From contig CAXXJJ010000004.1 of assembly GCA_963667015.2 (NCBI GenBank), forward strand, positions 3,520,001-3,584,000: a DNA stretch of 64,000 bases, in the 5' to 3' direction. The position numbers and the translations under genes are program-made. Position 1 is the first letter of the stretch, and each line of letters begins with the position of its first letter. The notes below the pieces were generated by a model. That model saw nothing but the letters and a program-made list of their open reading frames with translations, was not told the origin of the DNA and did not search any database. The stretch is from Desulfatiglandales bacterium. GTDB taxonomy: Bacteria > Desulfobacterota > DSM-4660 > Desulfatiglandales > HGW-15. Shown here piece after piece: positions 31,499-40,741 of the stretch.

Positions 31499-31867
31499 AT
31501 GTCAATAAAGAAAAAGACAAAAAAACTGATAAAGAATTTCGGGTTCGTATATTTTATTGGCAATATTGTTATTCTTGCGGTTATGGTAATGTTTGCGATA
31601 AATGCCTGGATGAGCACAGGGATGTCTCCCGGATATCTTGTATCTGTACTGCCACTCACTGGTATTTTCGCTGGATACTGGCTCCGCAAGAGCCAATTTG
31701 GCTGGTGGCGATGTTTGATAATAGTAATTAATTTGATACTTACAGCCTCCATACTTTTTTCTGCTGTATTTATTGCTCCTCAATTAGAAAAAACCAAGCA
31801 GATAAAATATGAAAGTCTTCAAAAATCTCTATCACATGATTCTCCGGTAAAAGAGATTAAAGAATAA
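31499..31867 (+). CDS. Small membrane protein (3 TM)
   Basis: Three hydrophobic segments; 9 bp after the Sel1 gene. Confidence 0.6.
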   Translation: MSIKKKTKKLIKNFGFVYFIGNIVILAVMVMFAINAWMSTGMSPGYLVSVLPLTGIFAGYWLRKSQFGWWRCLIIVINLILTASILFSAVFIAPQLEKTKQIKYESLQKSLSHDSPVKEIKE

Positions 31868-31957
31868 GGTTCTTCTCCCAATTAGTTGAGAGAAAGTGGT
31901 CAGGGATTCAAGGAGTCAAGTGTTTGCTTATTGAATGCTTTTTAATAGTTTTGCCCT

Positions 31958-32578
31958 CTATAAGTTTAATAACAAATTATTCTTTTTTCTATTAAACAAC
32001 CACAGGATTCCCTTAACAAAAACATACAGGATATAATAGCAGACAACGAATATAATCAATAAGGTCGTTTCCAAACCTGCCATTACATTATACCTGTGCC
32101 AACTTTTGACAAGCCCCTTTACATGCTGCGGAACCTGTTCAAAGGGAACCTCGGTTATATTCCCTTCTGAAAAATCCAGATAATATTTGGCCCGGGCATG
32201 CCATACAACAATTTCATTTTCGGAATCCTGATCAACCTGAACAGCACGGGCAAACCCACCGCCAAACATGTCTCTGTCAATTACTTCAGTTTTATTATAG
32301 ATTTCTTTTTTTTCAGGGCCAACAACCTTAATCATTATGTGAAGCAGTTCTCCTTCCTCATGTTGATTAACCTGAACAGTAAATTGTTTTTCACCCTGGC
32401 TCCAGACAAGCCCATCTGCCTCCAACATCTTTTTATCAATTTGATGCCTTTGATAGGAAAAGTACAACAACACCCCGAGGAGAAATAAAATGGGCCACAC
32501 AATGAGAACTAATTTTATTTTTTTTCTGATCACGAAATATTTTCCTTTCAATGGTAAGGCGGTGAGAATTTCAGACAC
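31958..32578 (-). CDS. Hypothetical membrane protein
   Basis: Two TM segments flanking a soluble domain. Start uncertain. Confidence 0.6.
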   Translation of the reverse strand: MSEILTALPLKGKYFVIRKKIKLVLIVWPILFLLGVLLYFSYQRHQIDKKMLEADGLVWSQGEKQFTVQVNQHEEGELLHIMIKVVGPEKKEIYNKTEVIDRDMFGGGFARAVQVDQDSENEIVVWHARAKYYLDFSEGNITEVPFEQVPQHVKGLVKSWHRYNVMAGLETTLLIIFVVCYYILYVFVKGILWLFNRKKNNLLLNL

Positions 32579-32870
32579 AGTTAATCCAAGTTTGACTTTT
32601 TCATAAAAGAAAGTAGGCTCCGCCGGGGCAAAATGGGATTAAATCTGTTTATTCGTCGCAGGCGACGAGGTATCAGACCTTGCGCTTCGCAATAAATATT
32701 ATTATATCCGAAAAGAAATAATGAGTCAGGTTTAAGACTAATGGGTTGGAAAAGCAAGGAATTTTCAATTTATTGTTTAAATTAATTGAAAATTCAAAAA
32801 TCCATATTCAAGATATCAAAACAAGTCTCCAGTTCATCATTTATGGTTCAGGGTTATAATGCGAAATAGC

Positions 32871-32952
32871 TTGCTGTTATCAGATAATTCCTGTATAAAG
32901 CTCGGTTCCATACACGTACACCCCGGGATTTCGTCCCGGGGTGTTTTATTTT
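32871..32952 (+). promoter_or_regulatory. Putative promoter and terminator-like leader hairpin of the ABC-F gene
   Basis: TTGCTG-17-TATAAA, then 11-bp stem ACACCCCGGGA-TTTCG-TCCCGGGGTGT followed by TTTATTTT, just before the RBS. Confidence 0.55.
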
Positions 32953-32969
32953 ATAAGGGGAATTTGAAT

Positions 32970-34586
32970 ATGATAAATGTTACAAACGTCAGCCTTTCTT
33001 ATGGAAAGAAAGTGCTGTTCAAGGATGTTAATATAAAGTTTTTACCGGGGAACTGTTATGGACTGATCGGCGCCAACGGGGCCGGGAAATCCACCTTTTT
33101 AAAGATCATTTCAGGTGAAGTTGAGCAGGACAAGGGTGAAGTTACCTTCGGACCTGATGAAAGAATCTCTGTTTTAAGCCAGGACCAGTTTGCCTTTGAT
33201 AACGAGACGGTAATCAACACCGTTATGATGGGGCATAAAAGGCTGTTCACCCTGATGGCAGAGCGCGAAAAATTATATGCAAAGCCCGAACTGACGGATG
33301 AAGAAGGCATACTCTGCGGAGAGATTGAATGTGAATTCGGAGAGATGAATGGCTATGAGGCAGAAGCGGAGGCCGCTGTTCTTCTCAAGGGGCTCGGTGT
33401 TCCGGAGTCGTTCCTGCAGAAAAGGATGAAGGATCTCCTGGCCGGAGACAAGGTTCGCGTTCTCCTTGCCCAGGCGCTTTTCGGCAACCCGGATGTGCTG
33501 CTGCTGGATGAGCCCACCAACAACCTGGATCTCAAATGTATCGCATGGCTGGAGGAATTTTTGTGCGAGTTTCAGAATACCGTCATAGTCATATCCCATG
33601 ACCGTCACTTTTTAAACCAGGTCTGTACCCATACTGCGGATATAGATTTCGGGGCGATCCGGGTATATGCGGGTAATTACGATTTCTGGTGTGAATCAAG
33701 CCAGCTGCTGCTTAAACAGAAACAGAACGAGAATAAAAAGAACCAGAAAAAGGCGGATGAACTTAAAGAGTTTATCCGCAGGTTCAGCGCCAACGCGTCC
33801 AAATCAAAACAGGCCACTGCCAGGAAAAAGGTGCTGGATTCGCTCTCCATAGAACATATGCCGATTTCATCAAGAAAATATCCCTACATCAAATTCCAGC
33901 CGGAACGGCCCTGCGGCAATATTATACTTGAGATAAAAGGGCTTTCAAAGGATGTGGACGGGGTCAGGGTCCTGAACAATATCGATCTCACTGTTCACAA
34001 CGGGGACAAGATCGCCTTTGTCGGGAGTGATAATCATGCAAAAACAACCCTTTTCAGTATACTGGCAGGTGAAATGGAACCGGACAGCGGCAGTGTTGAC
34101 TGGGGAGTTACAATCACGCCGGCATATATGCCCATAGAAAACAGCGCCTTTTTTGACAACGATATGAATCTTGTTGACTGGATCTGCCAGTTTAATGCCT
34201 GTGATGACGAAAGCTTTGCAAGGGGATTTCTGGGAAGGATGCTTTTTAAAGGAGATGAGGTACTGAAAAAAACCAATGTTCTCTCGGGAGGAGAAAAGGT
34301 CCGCTGCATGCTCTCCAGGCTGATGCTCAGCGGGGCCAATGTTCTTATCATGGACGAACCGACAAACCACCTTGATCTTGAATCGCTTACTTCCTTAAAC
34401 AACGGGCTGGAGGCATTTACAGAAGTCCTGCTGTTTTCATCCCGCGACCGCCAGCTTGTGTCTACAGTTGCCAACCGGATCGTCGAGATTACCCCCGAAG
34501 GTATTGTAGACAACCCAACGGGGTATGATGAATATCTTGAAAATGAAGAAAGCCTTAAAGAGTGGATTAAGCTTGCGGCAGCATGA
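32970..34586 (+). CDS. ABC-F family ATPase (YbiT-like)
   Basis: Two NBDs (GANGAGKST...LDEPTNNLD; LSGGEKVR...MDEPTNHLD), linker FSANASKSKQATARKK, no TM. Start at MINVTN. Confidence 0.9.
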   Translation: MINVTNVSLSYGKKVLFKDVNIKFLPGNCYGLIGANGAGKSTFLKIISGEVEQDKGEVTFGPDERISVLSQDQFAFDNETVINTVMMGHKRLFTLMAEREKLYAKPELTDEEGILCGEIECEFGEMNGYEAEAEAAVLLKGLGVPESFLQKRMKDLLAGDKVRVLLAQALFGNPDVLLLDEPTNNLDLKCIAWLEEFLCEFQNTVIVISHDRHFLNQVCTHTADIDFGAIRVYAGNYDFWCESSQLLLKQKQNENKKNQKKADELKEFIRRFSANASKSKQATARKKVLDSLSIEHMPISSRKYPYIKFQPERPCGNIILEIKGLSKDVDGVRVLNNIDLTVHNGDKIAFVGSDNHAKTTLFSILAGEMEPDSGSVDWGVTITPAYMPIENSAFFDNDMNLVDWICQFNACDDESFARGFLGRMLFKGDEVLKKTNVLSGGEKVRCMLSRLMLSGANVLIMDEPTNHLDLESLTSLNNGLEAFTEVLLFSSRDRQLVSTVANRIVEITPEGIVDNPTGYDEYLENEESLKEWIKLAAA

Positions 34587-34679
34587 TGATGTTTTTGCAT
34601 GATGTCGATTATAGTAGAGACGAATTTAACCGGGCAAAAAAGTGCTCAATACACAATCATCTTGATAGTAAGATCTTTA

Positions 34680-34878
34680 ATGAATAAGGATGAGCAGCAG
34701 TTAAAATCGCTTATTTCAAAATAAGAAGGGATTGATCTGAAATTTAAATCCTGCCGCAATCAGATTAATAATGATTTTATCATAAATGTGCTGGAGGTTT
34801 AAAAACCTTCAGCAGATATACTAAAAATTGTTTATTCTGAAGAAGGCACCCAGCAAGTAACAAGTAACCCAACAAGTG
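34680..34878 (+). pseudogene. Collapsed remnant of an AlbA_2/Schlafen-like DNA-binding protein gene
   Basis: MNKDEQQLKSLISK*EGIDLKFKSCRNQIN (premature stop), followed within about 100 bp by GTQQV/QVTQQV repeats typical of the C-terminal linker of such proteins. Confidence 0.55.
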
Positions 34879-35046
34879 CTGACCCTCTGTTTTTTTATTT
34901 GGTCGAAATGACAGGGGAATGGATTCAAGATTTGGAAAAAGCAGGCTTCTGGTTCAGCGTTTCCGGTTCAAGGTTATAAGGCCGAATTCCATATATACAT
35001 CCGGGATACCTAGACTTACATATTATTTTATGGCAATATACTCTTC

Positions 35047-35481
35047 ATGAAAATATATCTGGATAATTGCTGCTTTAATCGACCATTTGATGATCAGTCT
35101 CAACTTAGAATTAGACTTGAGTCAGAGGCAAAACTAAAAATTCAGGAAGAAATTCAAACAGGAAATATCGAGTTAATTTGGTCTTATATCCTGGACTATG
35201 AGAATGATAAAAATCCTTTTGCTGAAAGAAAATATAGAATATCGGAGTGGAAAAAATATGCAATTGAAGATGTAAAAGGAAGTAATGAGCTTATAGAGGT
35301 AGCCGCGTCTTTAAATAAAAAAGGTTTTCCCAAAATCGATTCATTACATTTAGCCTGTGCAATTAATTCAAAATGTGAATATTTTCTAACAACAGATGAC
35401 AAAATACTAAAACTGTCAATTACAGTTAAAGATATAAATATTAATGATCCGATTGGTTTCATTAAGGAGGTATTATCATGA
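35047..35481 (+). CDS. PIN-domain toxin
   Basis: IYLDNCCFNRPFDD, DSLHLACA, FLTTDD. Confidence 0.85.
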   Translation: MKIYLDNCCFNRPFDDQSQLRIRLESEAKLKIQEEIQTGNIELIWSYILDYENDKNPFAERKYRISEWKKYAIEDVKGSNELIEVAASLNKKGFPKIDSLHLACAINSKCEYFLTTDDKILKLSITVKDININDPIGFIKEVLS

Positions 35482-35702
35482 TTACTGATACAGAGATCAG
35501 GCTAAAAGGCTTAAAAATCCTGGCTAAATACCTTGGTGATGTTGAGGCCGAAAGATTTATTGCCCTTATTCAGCGAGAGCCGTTTGATTATACAAAATGG
35601 CGACAAGATATAGATGAGGAATTTACAATAGAAGAAATCAGTAACAAGGCAATGAAGCTGAGAATGAAAAATACAGACCAGAGTGATGAAGTGAAGGCAT
35701 AA
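35478..35702 (+). CDS. Putative antitoxin partner of the PIN toxin
   Basis: 74 aa, ATGA overlap, G...L...LG.VEAERFI.....FDYTKWR. Confidence 0.7.
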   Translation: MITDTEIRLKGLKILAKYLGDVEAERFIALIQREPFDYTKWRQDIDEEFTIEEISNKAMKLRMKNTDQSDEVKA

Positions 35703-35810
35703 GATTGCTATATCGGTATTTGCATTTATCCGAGAGTAAACTCGGAAATCCTTTCATTTTAAAATTGTTTATTTCTGTTTTCTGACTGATCTCTGTCCTC
35801 TGTTTTTTTG

Positions 35811-35849
35811 CTTTCCCTAACAGCCTTCAGGCTAAAACGCTTCAGCCTG
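35811..35849 (+). repeat. Dispersed repeat, inverted partner of 48916-48955
   Basis: CTTTCCCTAACAGCCTTCAGGCTAAAACGCTTCAGCCTG vs the reverse complement of 48916-48955: two mismatches and one indel. Confidence 0.85.
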
Positions 35850-36257
35850 CTTTTAATAATGTTGAATCTTGAACCTTGAATTTGTTTTACTGCTGAGCTC
35901 TATCTTTTCTTTCTTGAATTTATTACAAAAAAACCTTAAATATTAAGCCAGTGAAATTCATTTTAATGACAGCAAAGCGGATTTCATCAGGCTAAAACGT
36001 TTCTTTTCGGGTATAGTGATTTACTGTCTTACAAGTCTTTCAAAATAAATTATTACCAGTTTTAAAATAAAAACTATTATCCTATTTTAACAAGAGAGGA
36101 AAATGATATTTGATTATTTAAGGACGTCCCCCTTTACGTCCCCCTTTATTGAGAAAAAATAGCGTCACCAGTTCTGCACGAATGTTTAATTTTTCGATTT
36201 GCATTATCACTATATCTTTACATTAAAGCCATATCAGGCCATTATATTACATATAGC

Positions 36258-36297
36258 GTCAAGTTATCTTGACATTTATGCCGTTTAAAGCTATCTT
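36258..36297 (+). promoter_or_regulatory. Promoter with palindromic operator for the XRE-peptidase gene
   Basis: TTGACA-17-TATCTT. Palindrome GTCAAG-TTAT-CTTGAC overlaps the -35. Confidence 0.65.
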
Positions 36298-36347
36298 ATT
36301 AGGCATGCGTCAGATATTTAAAGACACTATAACGATGGGGAGGGGCA

Positions 36348-37451
36348 ATGGAATGGTTAGGCGCAAAAATAAAGGTTTTGATAAAGGAAAATAATCTCTC
36401 CATTATCAAATTAGCAGAACTGGCAGGAGTTTCCAGGCAGACTGTAAATGACTGGATCAATGGACAGGTCCCGAAGGGCAATCATTTAATCTTTCTATGC
36501 AAAACATTTAATGTTAATCCTGATTACCTGTTTTCTCAGGATTTCAGCGGGTCAGTCACTGTACCGGTTCACAGGACAAGAAAGAGCGCAAAAGTTACTC
36601 CTGATATGCAGAAGGATGCACTGGAGTTAGCTATGGAGTATGACCTCTTATTCAGGAATGCTCCTGAGCCCGGAATTCTTCCTGTGATGAGAGGGCAGAG
36701 CAGATCTGAAGATACTGCAAAAAAAGTTGCAAGAGATCTCAGGGGAAAGGCATGTGCGAATAATGACCTGCCGCCGGATTATATCAACACATTCACATTA
36801 ATGAAAAATCTTGGCATAAAAATCATTTTCAGGGACTTCCCCGCTAAGGTTAAGGCATATGCCTTTTACACAAAAATTCACGATCACAGAGTAGTCTTTG
36901 TCAACAATGCTACAAATGTGCTTGATCTGATTTTTCCTCTTTTACATGAAGCCGTCCATGCAATACGTGATGAACTTAGCATCAATGACGGCTTTGATGA
37001 AGCTGAAGAAGAATTTTGTGACATGGTTGCAAATCATGTCCAGTTCCCGGACGAATACATAAAGATGGTTTACGAAATGATAAAAGATCTGGATATCCCC
37101 ATTCAAATTAATAAACTTAAAACCTTCGGGGCAAACTATTCTCATGCATTGTATGGCGTCATTAAAAGAATTCAATCAATTGATCCGAAATTTGAACTTA
37201 AAGTCGGCGGGGCTGACACCAATTTAAAAAAGAAATTCCCGACTATCGGAGAAATACTCTACAGACAGAATGAACCCAGAGAATATGTTAATACCATCAA
37301 AGAACTGAGTCCTCTTTTTACAAAGGTTATTCTCGACCAGATTGATACACTGACCACCAGAAAACTTGGTGAACTGCTTGGAATTGAAAATATAATGGAT
37401 GTAAAGAATGTTAAAGATGAATTCATAAGGTTAAAAGGCACACTCTCCTGA
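36348..37451 (+). CDS. XRE HTH plus ImmA/IrrE-like metallopeptidase
   Basis: LAELAGVSRQTVNDWING HTH; LLHEAVH HExxH; EE.FCD.VA. Confidence 0.82.
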   Translation: MEWLGAKIKVLIKENNLSIIKLAELAGVSRQTVNDWINGQVPKGNHLIFLCKTFNVNPDYLFSQDFSGSVTVPVHRTRKSAKVTPDMQKDALELAMEYDLLFRNAPEPGILPVMRGQSRSEDTAKKVARDLRGKACANNDLPPDYINTFTLMKNLGIKIIFRDFPAKVKAYAFYTKIHDHRVVFVNNATNVLDLIFPLLHEAVHAIRDELSINDGFDEAEEEFCDMVANHVQFPDEYIKMVYEMIKDLDIPIQINKLKTFGANYSHALYGVIKRIQSIDPKFELKVGGADTNLKKKFPTIGEILYRQNEPREYVNTIKELSPLFTKVILDQIDTLTTRKLGELLGIENIMDVKNVKDEFIRLKGTLS

Positions 37452-37452
37452 C

Positions 37453-37500
37453 ATGAATATTCTCTGCGACACATGCAGTGTATTAATGCTGGTCCGATGA
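37453..37500 (+). pseudogene. Truncated 5' end of a PIN-like partner gene
   Basis: MNILCDTCSVLMLVR* starts 1 bp after the peptidase stop and matches the first PIN strand (hhhDT..h), as in the 20289-21918 pair. Confidence 0.5.
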
Positions 37501-37777
37501 GCATATAAAATCATTAAGAATATATACTTCCCCATTATATTAAATATTTATGCTTTCTTTATGTTCAATTTAATTCCTTGAAATATTTTTTATGAAATAG
37601 TAATCATAAAGGCTACACATCTTTTGAAATCAGTATTAAAACTAATTTAACGAGTATAAAGCATAGTTATTGGCATTCTTTGATTAATAACAGGTTTAAC
37701 AAGTCGTTTTTTAACTCACATCATTCAATGAAATAATTAACATACAATGTTAACTATTTCATTGACATTATCACGAT

Positions 37778-38113
37778 ATGTTAATATATTTTAAAACAAA
37801 AAAGCTGCAAAAAATCTGTAGCATAAAGAGCGAAGCCATTAAAAAATTGAATGCCAAAATGGCTCAAAAATTACAACAACGCATGATGGAGTTGAGTGCG
37901 GCGGATTCCCTGGCTGATGTATCTACGCTAAGACCAACTCGATGTCATCCATTAAAGGGCAACCGATCCGGGCAATTCTCAGTTGATCTTGATCATCCTT
38001 TTCGATTGATTTTCATTCCTGCAACAGATGTGATAACGGAAAAAAATAGCGCTATGCTGGATTTATCACAGATTGATGCAATTGAAATAATAGATATTTT
38101 AGACACTCATTAA
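37778..38113 (+). CDS. higB: HigB/RelE-family toxin
   Basis: RCHPLKGNRSGQFSVDLDHPFRLIF...IIDILDTH. Confidence 0.8.
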   Translation: MLIYFKTKKLQKICSIKSEAIKKLNAKMAQKLQQRMMELSAADSLADVSTLRPTRCHPLKGNRSGQFSVDLDHPFRLIFIPATDVITEKNSAMLDLSQIDAIEIIDILDTH

Positions 38114-38124
38114 GGAGGGAAACC

Positions 38125-39207
38125 ATGTTGAAATCAGAAAAAAAATTAGGCTTCGAACCTGATTATGCCGTTCCTCCGGGAGTCACACTAAAAGAAGTTA
38201 TGGAATCTCTGGATATGACTCAAAAAGATCTGGCGATTCGAACGGGCGTCACAGTACAAACGCTCAACCGGATATTTAAGGGTGAACAGCCTATTTCATA
38301 CGAAACTTCCAATAAGCTCGAAATGGCGACCGGCGTACCTTCCCGAATGTGGAATAATCTTGAAGCCCAGTATCGGGAGCAACTGGCAAAACTCAAAGAA
38401 TTGAAACAGCTTGAATCAGATCTGGGCTGGCTAAATGATATTCCAGTAAAAGAGCTGGTAAACCGGAATGCAATCGTTTCCAAAAATGACGAGACTTCCC
38501 TGTTAAGAGAGACCCTGAAGTTTTTTGGTGTAAGCAGTGTGTCTGCATGGCATGACATCTGGTCAAAACCGGCAGTAGCTGCAAGACGCTCCCAGTGTTT
38601 TGAAACACGTCCCGGAGCAGCGGCTACATGGATAAGGCTGGGAGAGATTGAGGCCCAAAAAATCGACTGCCGGGAATATAACAGGAAAAAATTCTATAAA
38701 GTTCTGGAAACAATAAAAACACTTACACTTAAAAAGCCTGAAGAATATGTCCCAGAAATGGTTTCATTATGTGCAGAGGCAGGTGTCGCAGTCTCACTGG
38801 TTCCTGAAATAAAAAAAGTTCCCTGGCATGGCGCTACAAAATGGATAACAGCCACAAAGGCGCTGATATTGCTTAACCTCAGGGGCAAGGCAGAAGATCA
38901 GTTCTGGTTTTCATTTTTTCACGAAGCAGGTCATGTTCTTAACGACAGTAAAAAAGATCTCCATATTAATGATGGAAAAGAAGATGATCCGAGTGAGAAA
39001 AAAGCAAATGCATTTGCTGCAGAATTTCTAATACCATCAGAATACGACCCTGATATTAAGTGTTTCAGATCTAAAGCGGACATTATTGCACTTGCCAGTA
39101 AACTACATATCGCACCGGGTATTGTTGCCGGAAGATACCAGCGCCTGACAAAAAAATGGAGCTACTTTAAGGATCTTATTCGTCCTCTTCGATGGGGAAG
39201 TGATTGA
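38125..39207 (+). CDS. higA: HigA-type HTH antitoxin fused to ImmA/IrrE metallopeptidase
   Basis: VPPG.TLKE...MTQKDLA...W.NLEAQY (HigA); FWFSFFHEAGH, EKKANAFA. Confidence 0.85.
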   Translation: MLKSEKKLGFEPDYAVPPGVTLKEVMESLDMTQKDLAIRTGVTVQTLNRIFKGEQPISYETSNKLEMATGVPSRMWNNLEAQYREQLAKLKELKQLESDLGWLNDIPVKELVNRNAIVSKNDETSLLRETLKFFGVSSVSAWHDIWSKPAVAARRSQCFETRPGAAATWIRLGEIEAQKIDCREYNRKKFYKVLETIKTLTLKKPEEYVPEMVSLCAEAGVAVSLVPEIKKVPWHGATKWITATKALILLNLRGKAEDQFWFSFFHEAGHVLNDSKKDLHINDGKEDDPSEKKANAFAAEFLIPSEYDPDIKCFRSKADIIALASKLHIAPGIVAGRYQRLTKKWSYFKDLIRPLRWGSD

Positions 39208-39236
39208 TGTAAATAATTTCCAGAGAAAATATAAAT

Positions 39237-40706
39237 ATGGCAACTTCAACGCTAAGCAAAACCTCCATTCTTCTGGGCATTCAATGCCCAAAGGCTTTGT
39301 ACCTCTCAAAAAATCCTCCACCTGTTGAAATTCCGCCTGATCTAGGTCAGGAAGCTACATTTCAAATGGGCCGTGAAGTTGGAATGCTTGCCCGACAGCT
39401 TTTCCCAGGAGGCACTGAAGTCCTGTTTTCAAATGTTTCATTATCTGATCAGGTGTCCAAAACAAAAGAGCTCATTGATGCAGGGGCTGATATTATCTAT
39501 GAGGCAGCCTTTGCATTCGATGATATTTTTATAAAAGCGGATATTCTTGTGCGTTCGGGTAATGCATGGGAAATCAATGAAGTAAAAATGTCCACATCCA
39601 TAAAAGATCCTAATTATGATGATACTGCAATTCAGTATTATGTTGTCTTAAATTCCTGCCTGCCAGTCTCCAAAGTTAATCTTATCCATATAAATAACAA
39701 GTATGAACGTCATGGAGATATTGATGTGCAGCAGTTGTTTGTGAGCGAGGATGTAACAGAGCAGGTATTAGCAAAACAAAAGAACCTGCCAAAACTAATT
39801 TTAGAATTACGTGAAATGCTTCAGGGAGAAGAACCGGACATTGATATTGATCGATACTGCTCAAACCCTTATCCCTGTGAATTTGAATCTTACTGCTGGC
39901 AGCATATACCGGAAGATTCAATATTCTCTCTCAAGGGTAAAGGCATAAACAAGTTTGACTATTACAAACAGGGGATAATAAAACTTGAGGACCTGCCTCT
40001 GGATAAACTGAACGATGCACAGAGGTTCCAAACCCTCTCCACGCTTAACAAAGAGGATTCAATAAATACTGAATCTGTAAAGGCGTTTCTTGAAACACTC
40101 TGGTATCCAATCTGTCACCTTGATTTTGAGACATTTGATACTCCCATACCTCCATTTGACGACACACGGCCATACCAGAAAATTCCATTTCAATATTCAC
40201 TGCATATCCAGCAAGAGGAAGGTGCTGAAGCAACCCATTTTGAGTACCTGGCAGAACCCTGCAAAGATCCACGTAGAGAACTTACTGAAAAGCTGCTTTC
40301 AGAAATACCGGAAGATGCATGTGTTCTGACTTATAACCAGACATTTGAAAAAGGAGTTTTAAAAGATTTGGCAACAGCCTTTCCTGACCTTGCTGACGAT
40401 ATAAACAAACGGATAGACAATATTCGTGACCTGATGGTGCCTTTTAGAAAACGGGATGTTTACCGCTGGCAGATGCGTGGTTCATATTCCATAAAAGAAG
40501 TACTACCGGCCATGGTTCCTGAACTATCATATAAAGAATTAGAAGTTTCTGATGGTATGATGGCAATGAGAGTTTTTCATGAGATGTGTAATATCAATGA
40601 TCCTTTAAAACTTAATGAATTACGTCAAGGGTTGCTGGAATATTGCAAATTGGATACTTTGGCAATGGTGAAAATACTCGAATATTTATATAGCATTCGT
40701 AATTAA
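39237..40706 (+). CDS. DUF2779-type protein (Cas4/RecB-like nuclease plus RNase H/DEDD-like domain)
   Basis: LSK...QCPK, KADIL...EVK, C.....C.....C cluster, LDFET, PFQYSLH, YNQTFEK, SYSIKEVLP, YCKLDT. Confidence 0.8.
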   Translation: MATSTLSKTSILLGIQCPKALYLSKNPPPVEIPPDLGQEATFQMGREVGMLARQLFPGGTEVLFSNVSLSDQVSKTKELIDAGADIIYEAAFAFDDIFIKADILVRSGNAWEINEVKMSTSIKDPNYDDTAIQYYVVLNSCLPVSKVNLIHINNKYERHGDIDVQQLFVSEDVTEQVLAKQKNLPKLILELREMLQGEEPDIDIDRYCSNPYPCEFESYCWQHIPEDSIFSLKGKGINKFDYYKQGIIKLEDLPLDKLNDAQRFQTLSTLNKEDSINTESVKAFLETLWYPICHLDFETFDTPIPPFDDTRPYQKIPFQYSLHIQQEEGAEATHFEYLAEPCKDPRRELTEKLLSEIPEDACVLTYNQTFEKGVLKDLATAFPDLADDINKRIDNIRDLMVPFRKRDVYRWQMRGSYSIKEVLPAMVPELSYKELEVSDGMMAMRVFHEMCNINDPLKLNELRQGLLEYCKLDTLAMVKILEYLYSIRN

Positions 40707-40741
40707 AGTAATTCTTAATTTATTCTTATTAGGAGAAAGAA

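Noticed and set aside
32648..32696. Hairpin TCGTCGC-AG-GCGACGA-GGTATC resembling an IS200/IS605 end
   Set aside because: Single short copy with no partner end or transposase; too weak to call a mobile element.
32970..34586. Antibiotic-resistance ABC-F
   Set aside because: The linker and overall sequence look like the housekeeping YbiT type; no evidence for an ARE subfamily.
39237..40706. cas4 / CRISPR adaptation gene
   Set aside because: The Cas4-like motif is part of a larger fusion, and there is no cas1/cas2 or array.
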